Assembly (NCBI GenBank): GCA_002189035.1
Contig: NEEC01000002.1
Span: 6,200,001-6,264,000, forward strand
Direction: 5' to 3'
From: Utricularia gibba
Lineage: Eukaryota > Plantae > Magnoliophyta
DNA: 64,000 nt
Positions within the stretch are counted from its first letter, which is position 1. Every line of letters begins with the position of its first letter. This document shows positions 1-15,243 of the stretch, in pieces. The notes under the pieces were generated by a model. It was given only the letters and a program-made list of their open reading frames with translations. It was not told the origin of the DNA and searched no databases. A program made the translations under genes and the position numbers.

Positions 1-390
1 TGCTACCATGACACAAGGAATAAGGCGAGGGAGACATGTAATCCAGCTCCCATGAGCTTGGAGCTGGAGCTAAATCTACCTTGCCTGCCTTTGGAGATTA
101 ATCACGTGGAAGAAAGCCACAGGGAGAAAGAATCCGGAACAACATCAATCTTTTCCAATAATTCTTTCAAGAATTCAAGCAGTATAAACAGTGTGAAGGG
201 TCTTAGTCGATCACCTTCTTGGCTAACATTTGAAGAGGACCAGGAAGAGATGTTAACAGCTGTATGCAAAAAGTGCTACTTGTTGGTGATGATGTGCAAG
301 TCTTCACCTGCATGCCCAAACTGCAAATTCATGCACCCAATAGAGCCTACACCTGAACTCTTTGGCAAGGGTTTAAGCCTCTTATGTTAA
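1..390 (+). CDS. GIR1-like zinc-ribbon / EAR-like repressor family protein; frame is open from base 1, so it may start upstream of the window (first in-window ATG at 52)
   Basis: LELELNL EAR-like motif and C-terminal CxxC...CxxC (VCKKCYLLVMMCKSSPACPNCKFMHP) typical of GIR1-like zinc ribbons; stop TAA 388-390. Confidence 0.7.
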   Translation, partial: CYHDTRNKARETCNPAPMSLELELNLPCLPLEINHVEESHREKESGTTSIFSNNSFKNSSSINSVKGLSRSPSWLTFEEDQEEMLTAVCKKCYLLVMMCKSSPACPNCKFMHPIEPTPELFGKGLSLLC

Positions 391-2022
391 GAAGTTGTTG
401 GGAGATGAATACAGCAGGTATGTGTGTCAATTCCAATCACCTCAGCAGCAGAGAAGGAGATGGAGATAGAGCATGAGGTATAATAAAATAAAGCTCTCAT
501 GTACTTGGTGTTACTGTGAATTGTAACGAAAAAACATTTTAAGATCAATGGGTTAAGACATCTCCTTCTTCTTGTGTAAATACACAAGAGTTTCTAACAG
601 TACAAAACCGCTTGTCAGTAGATATGAAGTGATTGAAAGCTTGTACATCACTACGGTTTATTGATCAAATGACACGTACAGAATAATGAAGACTTGATAC
701 TAAGAAAAACAAAAAGCATGTGCATCAACAGTGAATTTTTTTGATCGTCACTTTTCATACATTAACGACCATTCAATCAAGAGGGTCCATTTCCAGAGCC
801 TGTTGAGAGCATTCAAGAGTTCCCATACTTGCAGTAAAGGGCACGCCTGAAAACCTTTAAACACAAACACTAAGCATCGCCTTTTACCAACATGTAGCTA
901 CCCGTGTAACTGAACCCAAATCGTGGTGTGGGGGGGTGTTTGAATAAATATAACCTCTTGGAAACCTTCAAGCATTTATGCATAGTTTTATCAGAATTTA
1001 GCTATGGACGAAAAAGAGAATCATTTAACTGCATTACTGCCCAAAGAAGGAATCTTGCAGCTTTATAAAGACTGAACAATTCAATTACACGGTGATGCAC
1101 ATTGGAAAAAGGCAATCAATACCCCTCATCAACATCAAACTCAACCAATCAATCAATCCTCAGCAACAAAATTAATAATTGTTAAAATTAATCTTGAAAT
1201 TTAAATTTCTAATTTTCTTATAAAAAGAAATAAATATTAAAAATATATAAAATTAAATAAAATCAATTCAATAAATTTACGAAAAATATCAAGCCTTACC
1301 TATCGATTAGATATTCAATTTTAAATTTAATCATTATAATTTTCAATTTTTTTTTAATTTTCTACCCCATTCGATAAACATATTTTTAGTTTTTTTTTAA
1401 TAAAAATCAAGAACGTTTTTGGAAGGATAGAACTGTCCAAAATTGAATTCACAGAATGAATCCCCAGAATCTTGATTGGCACCTTGTTTTATGGAGGATG
1501 TCAGTAGCTTGGATCCAATAAGCAGCCCAACCCAACCGCCGAGATCGGAAAATGCAGCCGCCGGAGTCGAAGCCGAGCGTTGAGTACTGCATGTTAAACT
1601 GGGATATTCAATCACAAAACAAAATCAACCCAGAACTCATAGGAATTGTTATCATGTAAGGTGGAGGAGCTTGGATGCCCTGGTTTCCACTTACACTGAA
1701 AAGCAACTGAAAATCCCGACCGGTGGGTTCTAAAGCAGAATAAACTGGCTGGAGATTGGGAACTCTATACTCAATCCAGCTTCACGATTCCACTAGAATA
1801 CCAGCAAAAAAACTTGGAATCGGATGGGAAAGAGAGCTTACAATACTCATCAGCATACCCCATTGCTTTCTACACATGTTACAACAGTGACTGTTCAGCC
1901 CGACAAGATGCCACCAGACCAGGTGCGTTGCATTATCCTCACCAGCAGCATTATATAGCACAGGAATGTGAACATGTTAATTGGGCATGGTTAGGTGCAC
2001 TGGAGACCAATCGGCCTGGATA

Positions 2023-3647
2023 CTAGCAGTTATGGTTCACAGGTGCATCACACGTTGAGCCAGTATCTCCTAGTGAGACAGTAGCCAGAGATTTTGAAGC
2101 CCATGCCTGGGCATTTTTGGCTCCTTCTGGTAAGTTTCTTTTCTTGAAAGAATTCAGAAAATGTATAACTTGATTAAGATAGACAGCAAGGCTTTCCCAG
2201 ATGTTCCTTGTTATCAAACATGCCGGGTAAGTCCTCCAAGCAGATTCAGTGCATTTTTTTAGAGTTGGGAATGCGCAGTAGACCAGTCTCAAGATCACAA
2301 AGATAGTTGCTAGCGTAAGGTAAGTTTCTTGATGTATCAAATTCTCAGGAGATCTGGCCCATGAAAATGGGCAGGCTTTCGGTGAGCTTTCATGATTTCC
2401 ATCACACATTAAAGAGTCAATCTTATCAATCAAGATCCCGTCAGTTGACGCTTTTATTCCTGAAGCAAAGTAGATTATTTCACATTTAAAATCATCAGGG
2501 TGATGAAAAATCATAGAATGGTCCCTGATTCCATTACCCTCATAACTAAATCAGGCTGATTCATCAGTGGCCTATTTAAGCAGAAAACACTTGGAGAACG
2601 ATAAAAAAAAACAGGCAAGCTAAAAGAATGAATGATTTGCTTTCATAGGTATACTTGTTTGAACTTATATGGATACTAATTTAAAAGGAAAGGCATAATG
2701 TCAATGTTCAAGGACCAATCAAACAACTTTTGTTATCATCAAGGGGCCATAGAAGCTTACCAGTATATTCATCATAGAATGCAATGATGGAATCTAGAGT
2801 ACGAGATCCCTGATACCGCAAACGCATTGTCGAGTTCAGAAGGATGATACAAGGAAACCCATGAACACCATATTTTGATAAGATGCTGAAACAAACATTA
2901 GTCAGTTGATTATATGATTACTTATATATGCAAAAGAAATGGATAGCCAGTGATGAGATGCCAACCTTGGTCTTACAGCTGATTCCTCAATTGCGAAATG
3001 AGGAATGGAAGCAAAGACCGTTGAAAGCAAAGAGAATAAGGGCCTAAAAAGCACAGAGAAAGGGCATGTGGATGAATAGAACAGGAGAGCAACGTAATCA
3101 CACTCATTCTTGTGGATGATATTCAGCGCCTTCCGCAAGGTTACCTCATTGCCCTTCAAAACAAATAATTTGTCAATGCTACAAGAACTCTAAAAAAAGC
3201 AGATTAGCAAATAGTCACACTTTATGGGTGAACTAAGCAATTAGATTCAAACTTAGATCATCCAGCCCCAAATATGAATAAACCTCAATTTATACTCTTC
3301 ACTAATTCTAGCAAATCGGAGCACGACCAGTTTGGGTTGCGGAAAACGACCTAAAATAAAAAACAATAAACAACAGCAACGAAAAGAAGAAATCGCTTGA
3401 GGGAAGCACAGGTCTGATTCCACAGGTCGACACATCCAGAAAAAAAAAACGCATACCTCAATTACACCGCCAAACCTGGGAGGTTCCGCGCCCCAAGACA
3501 CACCTCGTTAGTGGAAGGGAGTAGGGAGTCCGCGACGGCGATCAACGGACAAATCGACGGCGTTGACGAAACCCTAGCAGATTGCGCAGACGTCAGCAAA
3601 CCAAACAAAGCAATGAATAGAAATCCAGCGCCACCAACTGCGGCCAT
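2023..3647 (-). CDS. APRL: 5'-adenylylsulfate reductase-like (APRL4/5/6-type) thioredoxin-fold membrane protein; 4 exons 3647-3504, 3153-2966, 2885-2761, 2459-2023
   Basis: Signal peptide MAAVGGAGFLFIALFGLL, Trx-like segment VALLFYSSTCPFS...RPSILSKYGVHGF, TM segment YLTLATIFVILRLVY, conserved tail EGAKNAQAWASKSLATVSLG; all introns GT-AG and in frame. Confidence 0.9.
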
Positions 3648-4145
3648 CCTCTTTTCTTCTTCCAAGTGCCTTGGCAGAGATATAGGATCCCGACACGAAG
3701 ATGGCGGAAGCCGATCAAGATGCATCCCCGCCACCGCCACAGCAGGTATTTATATGGAGCAATTTTTAAAAAATACCATTAAATCGTTTTAAATTCAATA
3801 CAATAGAATCGGAATAATTTACAATTTTTTTTTTTTTACGAATACCTAATTCCAAAATTAAAATAATTTTTAAATTACAAATCCTACATTGTATTTTATT
3901 TCGTCTATTAATAAATTCATAATAATTTATAAAAAATTACAAATATCTAACATTTGTCATTCTAAAATAAAAAATGATAATTCAATACAATGATCACACA
4001 CAATGTACAGAGAGGAATAGCTACAAGTAACCGAGTCTGTCAGAGGGACGGCGGAGTGGGCTGCTGCTTCAGTTCAACACCTAGCGATCAAAATTGTTCC
4101 TGGATCCATCCCAGCTCCGGTCACGGCGGCCGGGACCGACACTTT

Positions 4146-6665
4146 TCAGGCCACAGGTTCCGATTCCGCAAGCAGAAGCGTGTGCCACCACCCACAAGCC
4201 ACCTTCTTCGCTACGCATCCCTCCAGCTGAACTTCACACGGCGTGTTCCGATCGGTCACATCGCCCAAACCAAGCTGTGTGTGTTGGTTCGTTGATGCAG
4301 AATCATCAGGTTTGTGAAAAGGTAATGAATTCAGAAGCTCTATGTTATTGAAACGTACCTGCCCATATTTGTTCCATCCCCAGCAGACCAACCGCCCATC
4401 ATCTTCAATCAGCATAATCAAGCGAAGAACGTAAGAGGAAGTAAGGTATAAACCAAATGGTGTATTCTGACAGGTGAAGACTAACGGACCTGTGACCACG
4501 GCGCTGTGCCGAGCTCCACATGACACTGCTTTGGCAAAAAGGTTTTCGAGACACGGGGCGTCGAGAAGCCGGGGCAAAGTCTAGATTTACAGAGATGGGC
4601 AGCCAGTCAAGGATGGTGCAATTTAGCATGAACACAGTTGATCCGATGATTGGAAGGGATGCTTCAGGGAAAGGGAAGTTGTGATATACCTCTGCTTGAT
4701 CAGCACCTGTTCCTAGCTGGCCAAACTGATTCCCCCCAAATGCATAGACGTCGCCATCAGCGGAGATGCATACAGTGTGCCAGAGTCCTGCTGCCACTCC
4801 GGCTATCCGGATGCCGAGTAAGGAAGATACACAAATGGGACTTAATTCGTCATCTGTACTTCCTTGGCCACACTAAATCAGCATCAGAGGAATACGTCAA
4901 GAGTAGTTGTATGAGAAAGCATGCAATGTTTTCTAGTCACCAATTGTAACAAGCTAGCAAATCGGGTTCAAGGGGTTTGACTTCACAGGGGTTTTCTATC
5001 TTTTATTGTGTGGGCACTTCCGGGGAAAAGAATCATGAGGAAGTAGGAAAAGGTGACCAAGACACTGACCTGTCCATACAAGCCCCAACCAAAACTTAAC
5101 AGTGCACCTGCATCTGTTTGGACAACCAAATATGCATGAGATTAACATTCATGCACAGGTATTTTTAGCACCGTGGATTCTAGTTCACCAACCTGTAATG
5201 ACTGCACTGTGTCTCCCTCCACAAGCAATTGCTTTTACACAATTACCAGGCACCCTTGATGTCTGGCCCTCTAGAATATTTCCATGGTTGAAGGATGATG
5301 AAGCAATGCAGGGTATAGGATGTGGCGAGGTCACCATTCTGACCCGCGAACCCATACCAAGCTGCCCCTCCCCTCCGTGGCCCCAACCCCAAACCTGTCC
5401 CACATCTGTAACTTTGACCGTGAGAAGAAAATAGAGATGAACAATTATGGGACGCATAGATAGCCCCAATACATATAAAAGAGAAAAAAAGTAACCAATA
5501 TAACGAGCTACCTGACAATGCTAATGTGTGCCGACCACCAGCAGCCACAGACAGAATCCTTACCCCAGGGTTGAGTGCTACCAAACATGGGACTGCTGAA
5601 AGTGTGTCATCAGCTGATGATGCGCTTTCGGCAATCTGCTTTGCATTTGATAGTCGTCTTCGCTTTGAGATCTCATTTGACCCTTTACTATCGCTGGATG
5701 ACACATACCCACCAGTTGATTGTGCTTGCGAATGGGAGCTCACTGAAACTGAGTCACTCTACAACAAATTAGTACATGTAACTCGAACAGGGGACAATGT
5801 GCACCACTAATGTCTGAGAGAAACCGCAATACCCTGATCATTCGACATAAGACCATGTTTCTCTAGTTTATCCTCCTCCTTATCAGTGGTTGATATGCTA
5901 GCGTCCTCAAGTACTTTTCCAGAAGGAATGCATTCACTCCAGCCCCATGTGTAAACTTCTCCACTCACTGAATCCAGCCATCAGTATTAAAAAGTCACTT
6001 CTCACCACAGACGCTCTATGGCTCAAACTAGTAGCTCACAGACTACCTGTGGTGGCAACGCAATGCGCCCATCCGGCATCGGCATTCACGATTACGACCC
6101 CTGAGGGAAGTGGAAAAGGCTCTGGCATTTCCTTAACAATATCAGTTGAAAAAGCTAGTCATGACCAACGAAATCGAGGATATCAAGTTATCAACAAGAA
6201 AAAATTATCATACATTCTATTACCCCATGTTTCCCGGATGCGATATAACTTTGACCTAAGTCATCCGCCGATCCCCAAGTAATTAGCTTTCCAGACTCTG
6301 GGGATTAAAAGGGCTTGTTTAAGAGGTGATAAAGATAGGAAAAGATCTTCTAAAATGGCGAAAAAAAGTGAGGAAAACAGTATATTTCTGAACAAAATTA
6401 AGGAAAGAAGGAAAATTTGCTGGCCGTCGGCGACAAAACAGGGGTTCCCTAGGCCGAGAAATTGCTCCAAGTTACCTGAGAGAGCAACTGCAAAACCACA
6501 GCCCCCACCGCAAACATCCTTCCACGAACCTTCACCTAGAGGTGGGGGGATGACTGCCGGCGATAAAATAGGGGTTCTCTGTGGCAAGGCTCCGGGCAAG
6601 TAACCCCACATGAACACCAATTTTTCCTCCATTCTCAGACCTTTCTCACTTCCTTCCCCATTCAT
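4146..6665 (-). CDS. RCC1-repeat family protein, TCF1 (At3g55580)-like / UVR8-like
   Basis: N-terminus VFMWGYLPGALPQRTPILSP, multiple RCC1 repeats (VAAGGRHTLAL, IACGGRHSAV, VAAGLWHTVCI, VACGWWHTLLLAE); spliced exons stay in frame with GT-AG boundaries. Confidence 0.9.
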
Positions 6666-6667
6666 TT

Positions 6668-6977
6668 CACGTGGGAATCCCAAACTGGCACCTTCTTGTC
6701 CTCAAAACGGAGGAGCAATGCTACGGCGTGACGGCAACGGAGACGACATCACAGGCAAGGGTAAAGTGCCCTAACCAGTACAAATAGGGGTCGTATCAAT
6801 TTCAGGCTAACCACGCTGCCACGTAGAATCCAACATGGCCCGCACATACACGTGGCCGAATCGTGGCCACCAGATCATCACCACTTGCACCAAGCCTTGG
6901 CGGAACCTTCTGGAAGTTGGAGAGAATTCCCACGTCCTCTAATATCTACCCTGCTCGTCGAAATGGCGACACGTGGC
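6668..6977. promoter_or_regulatory. Cluster of G-box/ABRE (ACGT-core) elements upstream of the RCC1/TCF1-like gene
   Basis: CACGTG 6668-6673, GCCACGTA ~6818, CACGTGGC 6849-6856, CCCACGTC ~6929, GACACGTGGC 6968-6977. Confidence 0.55.
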
Positions 6978-7890
6978 ATCATAGGAAAATCCTAAGCTTC
7001 TTTATTTTATTTATGGTCGAGAACAAATACCTCAAAATTCACTAAGAACTGTATCGAATTCATTTTTTCCTTCTTGGCTATTTAGTGTCTTATCAATGTT
7101 TTAAATTTCGATAAAAAAATTCAGAAATTTCGGATTCTGAGTACATTAGAACACTTTTACTCATTTGCGAAAATGTTGATATAGTATTTTTGAAAATAGA
7201 ATAAATATTCTGAAAATGAGTAAACTTATTTTTCATTTTTTCAGAAAACGGAAATAAGTAAACCCCTTTTCCTTCCGAAAACAATTTAAAATATAATTTA
7301 GAATTTTTATTTTAATATTACGATTCCGGAAATGAATATAAATATAAATTAAACTTAATAAAAGAAATTCAATTAATCAATTTCTATAAATGCCATGTTA
7401 GTATTTCTGGAAATTGATAAAGATGCTCTTATGCTCATGCTAAAGGAAGATAAACACACAACAACATGACTAGAAAATAAGGAGAACGAGCAATTGAATT
7501 GGGATTGCAACTCATGAACATTGAAATATAAAAAGATGAAATAGGGTTCAAGTTGTAAATATCATATTATATGTTGTACTTCAGGCGATTTAGAATCAAA
7601 TAAATGAAAAATGTTTCATAGAACATTGGTGCTCTTCAGTATAATTTATAAACTGTAATAGATATGAGCATGAGAAATCAATATTTTTATGGACTAAGAT
7701 GATATGAATGAATAACTAATCTATTACATATTTTAGAAAATTGTATAGGATAAGTTTTTTCTTAAATGCTGGAAATATAGTTAGATATATCTATTATATA
7801 TATACAAAAAATTTAATGATAAAAATATAGGATTTTACAAAATAATTTCTATATTTTTTTATATATTGATTTTTTTGATAAAAATAAATA

Positions 7891-8681
7891 ACCTACCTAA
7901 CCATAAATACTACATATGTGTGAAAAAAATTTGGTCGAAAAAAATGATCACTATAAATTTTTATCTTGAAATATGAAAAAGAAATGAATAATGATCAAAT
8001 TTGTACTTCCAAATACCGGGATTGGCCCTGGACGGCTTCATGAAAACTCCTCTTTCAAAAGGGTGCTTCGGTAATTCACGTTTATGCATGTCTTTACTTT
8101 ATTGTTTTAATTATGTTTATGAAAAGTCTTGTTCTAGCTAAATTTGTTAATAAATGAAATTTGATTGTTTTTTAATTTATTTCAAAATACATTTATCGAA
8201 TGTAATATTATTTTTAATTTTATATATTAAATATACTTTATTAATTAATTCATATGTATTTATATAAATATAAATAGCTCAAACATTTTGTTATTAATGA
8301 GAATTTTTTGTATTTTTTAAATATAAAATAACTATATATTCATCTAACTTAACTCATCAAATATCTTGTTTATGACGTGTATAGAATTTTTACAGTAACA
8401 AAAAATCTAAATTTATTACTTTAATGATATATTTAATAATATATATATATATATATATATATCATTAATTAAATTTATATATTTTGAGTAGGTTTGATGC
8501 ATCTTTGACTTTATTCCTTGATTCAAAAAAAAAATAAAGAAAAAAAGAAGAAAATTACAATAAATTATTTCCAGTTTTGCCCTTTGGAGACCGTGAACGA
8601 TTGCTTGGGTTGTTGGGAGTCGGGGCTGCGGCACCCACCAACAACGCCGTTGAACTCATCATGTTTTGCGTTTCACCAACC
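7891..8681 (+). promoter_or_regulatory. AC (MYB-binding) elements upstream of DAHP synthase
   Basis: Overlapping ACCTACC/ACCTAAC at 7891-7901 and ACCAACC at 8675-8681; TATA-like CATAAATA near 8710. Confidence 0.45.
8439..8462. repeat. (AT)12 microsatellite
   Basis: Uninterrupted AT dinucleotide run. Confidence 0.9.
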
Positions 8682-8803
8682 ACCGCACCGGCTGCCTCCT
8701 TCCTCCGTTCATAAATACGCTTCCCATTCCTCATCTACCGCTCCAGGGAACGGTTGGCACTTTCTGGGGTTGAATTTTCGTTGTTTGCTGGCGGTTCTCG
8801 ACC

Positions 8804-11117
<2,314 letters not shown>

Positions 11118-11514
11118 GTGTACATTGTTTGAAAGAGACAGAGATGATGATCTTCGACTGTTGATTGAAGAATAAACGTATCTTGTGGTTTACTGCAAAA
11201 TATCAAGAAAGATGGACAGCAGACTGTGAAAATTTATTATATTAAATATTAGATATTTAAATAATTATTTTTAAAATGTAATATTATTTTTTCCCTTTTA
11301 AACTACAATTTACCTCATTTATTTATTTATAATATTTTAATAATATTATATGTAAATTTTTTTAAATAATTTTTTTATAGTTTCTTCATATAATATAAAC
11401 TAATCTCAATCATGTTTAATATCAGATCAATTAAAACATCCTAACAAACAGATCATTAGTGTTACTGTCGCCTATTGACAAGTAAAGAATTGTGTAAGAA
11501 AGTCTGAATTGCTA

Positions 11515-13672
11515 CTACAAGGAGCCTTCTATTCTCAGCGGAATCAATTCACTCTCCAGTTGCTGGTTTCTTGGCCTTGCGTTCTTGGGAACCCATTTTC
11601 TGAGCCTTTCTGGTAACCTGACAGATTAATGAACAAATCCAATGATGGCAACTGCAATACAGGAAAGGATGCAGCAGAAAATAGGAAGAAACGCACGACA
11701 ACCAATGTGGATGTGTTGTGAAAGAAGAAATGATTGAATTCACTTCAGATTGTAGGAGTTTTGAAGCTTACAGATCCAGTCTTTCATGGAGGGCTCTGCG
11801 GACTGAAGCGTTGAGGCCGTATGCTATCGAGTTAAAGAGTCCCTTCAGCGAATCAAAAAGGGGGGAAAAATAATGAGATGAATTCGAAAGGTCAAAACCT
11901 GTACAAGCTTACCATCAGGGCAGACGTGCCGACGTCAAGAACAGAAAGCCAAAAGATTTGATGGCCAGGGGAAATGAAGTCATGTATGCGGTTGATTGTA
12001 CCAAAAAACCATGACCCGATCAGAATAAGTGGATAGTAGCCCCAACGGTTCAGTGCCTGCATAGGAAAGACTACTGTCACTGGTATGTCCAGGATCATAG
12101 GAGTGGAGTATTGAATTCAAATATACAAAAGACAAATGGCTATAGCATCGCTAAGCTTGACGAACACAGGACTGAACTTGATACAGGAAATTCATTTTTG
12201 AAAGAAGATAAAACATCGACAAGCATCTATTCAAAACTGCTGAGCTAAAGAAACAGAAGAAAAGAACTGACTAATTACAATATATCTTGCTTCTAAGTTT
12301 GATGCTCCATCAAAAATCTGCAGGGAAGATTGTATTAACCTTTAGGTCTGGCCGTGAACCTGATTCACGTTCAGCTATTCCCACTGCCATCTGCAATAGA
12401 AGAATTTCAAATGAAACTATTTCTAACATCCAATATCCAGTGGAGGCACTTGTGGAAACTTCATCTGATTTACAGAATCTAAGAAAAGGGTATATGAAAA
12501 CCCATACTTACTCGGGTTGCATTGTTCAACACACGTATCACTTGGAAGTAGATGATGCCGTTGAATAGGATTGCACCCCACAATGGTGCATAAAATGTGA
12601 TCAGGTGGACTAACTGTTGGAATATAAATTTATAATGAAAGATGTTGCAACTAAATGCAATCTGAAGAGAAGTAGACATCTGAGACGCTTTCAGTTATAA
12701 TTAAGTCATCCAGCCGCAAAATTCCGTATATACTTGCCTTTCCCGTACGTCCAGTCTGAGCCAAGCACCACACAGCCAACCGCCTTATATGACGGTGGTC
12801 ATTTCCGATTGAACGAATCACTGTCATAACAATGGAAGTTCCTGCAAGAGTTGCAAAAAAAAAAGATCATCCAGAATGTAATATAAGTTAGATTCCTCTA
12901 TCAGAAGTACCAAACAGGAAGACCCAGGGAGCATACCCCATACATACAAGTGAAACATAGGCTCTAAATCCTCCACATCAGTTTTATGGCGAACGACTGT
13001 TCGATGCAAAGTGAAAGCAATTGTTGTAGTCCATAAGAATGAGGCAACACAGAAAAAATGTGTAGTGTACCCCTGAGCATAACAAAAGTACCCTTTAGAA
13101 GGATCCCCCTGCAGATACCAACTTTGCTCTCAGAAAAGAAAACATTGCATAGGTTCAAGACCCAAATAGGGTTGTGATGCGATAACGCGAGAGGCATGAA
13201 CTTACCCAACAATGCCAAAGAAACTGCAAAGCATATCCTGCAACAAAAACCAAACAAAAAAGAAAATGTTAAGTTGAAACTACTGAATAGAACAAGTCCC
13301 AATGCAGAACAAACACAAGCGGTAGGAGAGTTCAGAGTACGAGATGACAGATCGATTTAGCCACAATTAAGCTTTATCTCAGACTCGGTAGGATGGAACA
13401 AAGATCACGCTCACGCAGCTAAAAGCCGTGTCCAATAACGGAAGAACCCAGAGCAAAATAAACGAATCCCCGATAACTGGATAAACTCACGGAGAGAGCA
13501 AGGAAGAACACTAGCTTAAAGGAAAACTTTCGCAGCTCCTTGAAGAGTAAGTAGCAGAGAACTATGAAGCCGGAACCCCGAGGGAGAGAGCAGAAGTGCC
13601 AACATTCACGGCGGTCAAAAACCCCCTCTCCGATGGCGTCAAATTCACCAAAGCCGCCTGGATCGCTGCCAT
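11515..13672 (-). CDS. GCR1: G-protein-coupled receptor 1 (GCR1) homolog, 9 exons; as assembled it carries a frameshift in exon 1 (13576-13579) and an out-of-frame exon 2/3 junction (13105-13109)
   Basis: Peptides TAVNVGTSALSL, GSGFIVLCYLLFKELRKFSFKLVFFLALS, DMLCSFF, DPSKGYFCYAQGYTTHFFCVASFLWTTTIAFTLHRTVV, LITFYAPLWGAILFNG, ALNRWGYYPLILIGSW, GLFNSIAYGLNASVRRA match the plant GCR1 7TM protein. Confidence 0.93.
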
Positions 13673-13806
13673 CACGCCGATCTAGTCGCCGACCTCCAAG
13701 TGTTCACCGAAATGCCCCCGCCGCCTAATTGTATTACGCACGAAATTTCGTAATTAAAATTCATTTAAGAATTGCAGGCGCGCTGTTCGTATTTATATAA
13801 TGGTCT

Positions 13807-13854
13807 TGGGCTCTTTCTTTCATTTTGGGCTTCATAAGTTGGGTCCAAAGCCCA
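13807..13854. promoter_or_regulatory. Three site II (TGGGCY) elements in the 287-bp divergent GCR1/COX6B promoter
   Basis: TGGGCT 13807-13812, TGGGCT 13826-13831, AGCCCA 13849-13854; site II elements are typical of nuclear respiratory-chain gene promoters. Confidence 0.65.
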
Positions 13855-13959
13855 GTATCTTAAATCTGCCTTTTCCGGTGCCTGTGACCGTTGTGTATAT
13901 CACTCAGCTTTGTGTTCGCTTTGGTAGGTGTATTCGCCGGAATCGAGCGCTCTCCTCCA

Positions 13960-15243
13960 ATGGCCGAGGCAGACGCTGTGAAGGCCCAATCTCTAGCTGA
14001 GGTAGTCGGGATCCTCGTTTTCAGGCGGAAATATTACTCTATTGATTCTATGATTTGTCATTTCAGCGTATTTACTGAAGTTTGATTAAAAAAATTATGA
14101 ACTGGGACTATGTTCCTGCTGCAGATCCAGAATATCAAATTTGGTTTTCATTATTTTTGGTTATTCATCATCGTCCATGATTGGTATGAATTCGATCTGT
14201 ATTGTTCTCAAATTTTTACACTTAATACGAGACTCGGGCAAATTGTGTTAGGTAGAACAGTTTGTTGTATTGCCTGATTTTTGTTTGTGGATTTTAGATA
14301 TAACTTTTAGTTGGTGTTGTAGGATTATTTACTAGAGGAGAAGGCACAGAGACAATTGGCTGCAACAACTGTTGAAGAATCTGAGTTAAAACCAGTACCT
14401 GATGCGCCTCCTAAGGAAAGTGCTGCAGGAACTGTTGAGGAAGCCGTTGGGCCTGATGCTCCTGTGCCTGAGGTAGAGGATGATACAACTGGTGTTACTG
14501 ATGAAGAAAGCAAAGAATTGAGTCCAACTGAAGAGACTGTTGATCCTGTACCAACCCCTGTTGAAGAAAACAGTGAAGCTGAGGGGTCTGAGAACAGTGT
14601 TGACCAAGAATCGCAAGAGCCAGCTGAGATCAAGGTTTCACTAAGTTCATACCACGTCACCTTCTCCTAGGTGGTGTTCCTGGCTCAGTGCCCTGACATT
14701 TCTTTGCTATGCAGCTTGAGACAGCACCTGCCGACTTCCGTTTCCCAACTACTAATCAGACAAGGCATTGCTTCACTAGATATATTGAGTATCACCGGTA
14801 TGTCATCCTGCATAACTCCGTTCCACGTTCTCTTCTCCTTGTTCTACCTATTCTGATACTCATTGGAGAATGTCTGAGAACTAATGAACTCCAAACCTTT
14901 CTGCCTTCAGATGTATTGCAGCTAGGGGGATGGAGCCCCAGAGTGTGAAAAATTCGCCAAGTACTACCGTTCCCTATGTCCTGGTGAATGGGTACGTATG
15001 CTCTTTGCAGCGATTAATAGAAAGACTTTGCATCAAACCACATTGCTGCCTATATTAAAAAGTGAAAACCAGTGGAGCGTTGCATAAAACTCCATGAAAT
15101 ATTAGAAAGTGGTTTTCTTCAGCTAGTACACAAATATGAGCTTGTTCATTTATGCCAAGACTAAGACATGCTTCTTGTTTTGGAAAAAGGTTGAAAGATG
15201 GAATGAGCAAAGAGAAAATGGAACATTCCCAGGTCCACTCTAA
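13960..15243 (+). CDS. COX6B: Cytochrome c oxidase subunit 6b (long acidic N-terminal COX6b-1 type); exons 13960-14001, 14323-14634, 14715-14797, 14911-14991, 15190-15243
   Basis: LETAPADFRFPTTNQTRHCFTRYIEYHR-C...ECEKFAKYYRSLCPGEW-VERWNEQRENGTFPGPL*, with the conserved COX6B cysteines and a Glu-rich N-terminal extension. Confidence 0.96.

Noticed and set aside
3511-4351. Antisense and alternative-frame ORFs overlapping APRL and RCC1 (3511-3792, 3990-4295, 4094-4351)
   Set aside because: Shadows of GC-rich coding exons with no recognisable domain
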